64,000 nucleotides of DNA from a virus (Duplodnaviria > Caudoviricetes). Shown here one piece after another: positions 63,881 to 64,000 of the stretch (its first letter is position 1; each line of letters opens with the position of its first letter). Under the pieces are notes generated by a model. The model ran no database searches, had not been told where the DNA came from, and saw only the letters and a program-made list of their open reading frames with translations. The stretch covers positions 1 to 64,000 of the IMG/VR virus record IMGVR_UViG_2857083903_000001. The stretch is one strand, 5' to 3'. Both the position numbers and the translations under genes were made by a program.

Positions 63881-64000
63881 CGGATGCTCCGGACGGTCAG
63901 GGCTGGTTCGGGTGTGGGGGTGCCGGGTTGGAGGGTGGCGGGGTTGATGTGGCCGCGTGCCCACTGGTCGAGCCACGCCCGTTCTTGGTCGGTTTCGGCA

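Larger units (their letters stand above)
1..64000. mobile_element. Streptomyces-type conjugative phage-plasmid (partial)
   Basis: Siphovirus morphogenesis, TraB/Spd/Kor transfer, Rep+DnaB and ParABS modules in one contiguous element. Confidence 0.85.

Noticed and set aside
1-64000. tRNA, rRNA, CRISPR array, integrase, endolysin/holin
   Set aside because: None recognised by eye; lysis genes probably lie beyond the left edge

Overview
High-GC (Streptomyces-like) temperate siphovirus that also carries plasmid functions, i.e. a conjugative phage-plasmid resembling the pZL12/phiZL12 type. 1-22.5 kb (minus): near-complete virion operon (TerS, intein-containing TerL, portal, scaffold, decoration, major capsid, neck genes, major tail, frameshifting tail chaperone, tape measure, tail tip). 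23.2-33 kb (minus): Streptomyces-type transfer/spread module (FtsK-like TraB, TraA-like, SpdB-like) facing a divergent GntR/Kor regulator. 34-37 kb: replication initiator with internal iterons plus DnaB helicase. 37-49.4 kb (plus): accessory genes including an orphan methyltransferase, a minimal nucleotidyltransferase, an MmyB-family ligand-binding regulator next to a type III polyketide synthase, and a secreted metzincin. 49.6-61 kb (minus): early/middle phage genes (NERD, LuxR, SSB, WhiB, RusA). 61.7-63.7 kb: ParB and ParA with three perfect parS-like palindromes. Most notable: a phage-borne type III PKS plus sensor pair; a terminase intein whose HNH endonuclease is encoded in a different, overlapping reading frame; a ParA with swapped motif order; and two recurring promoter families. 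No integrase or lysis cassette is visible in the window. All annotation is by eye from motifs and synteny; no database searches were run.
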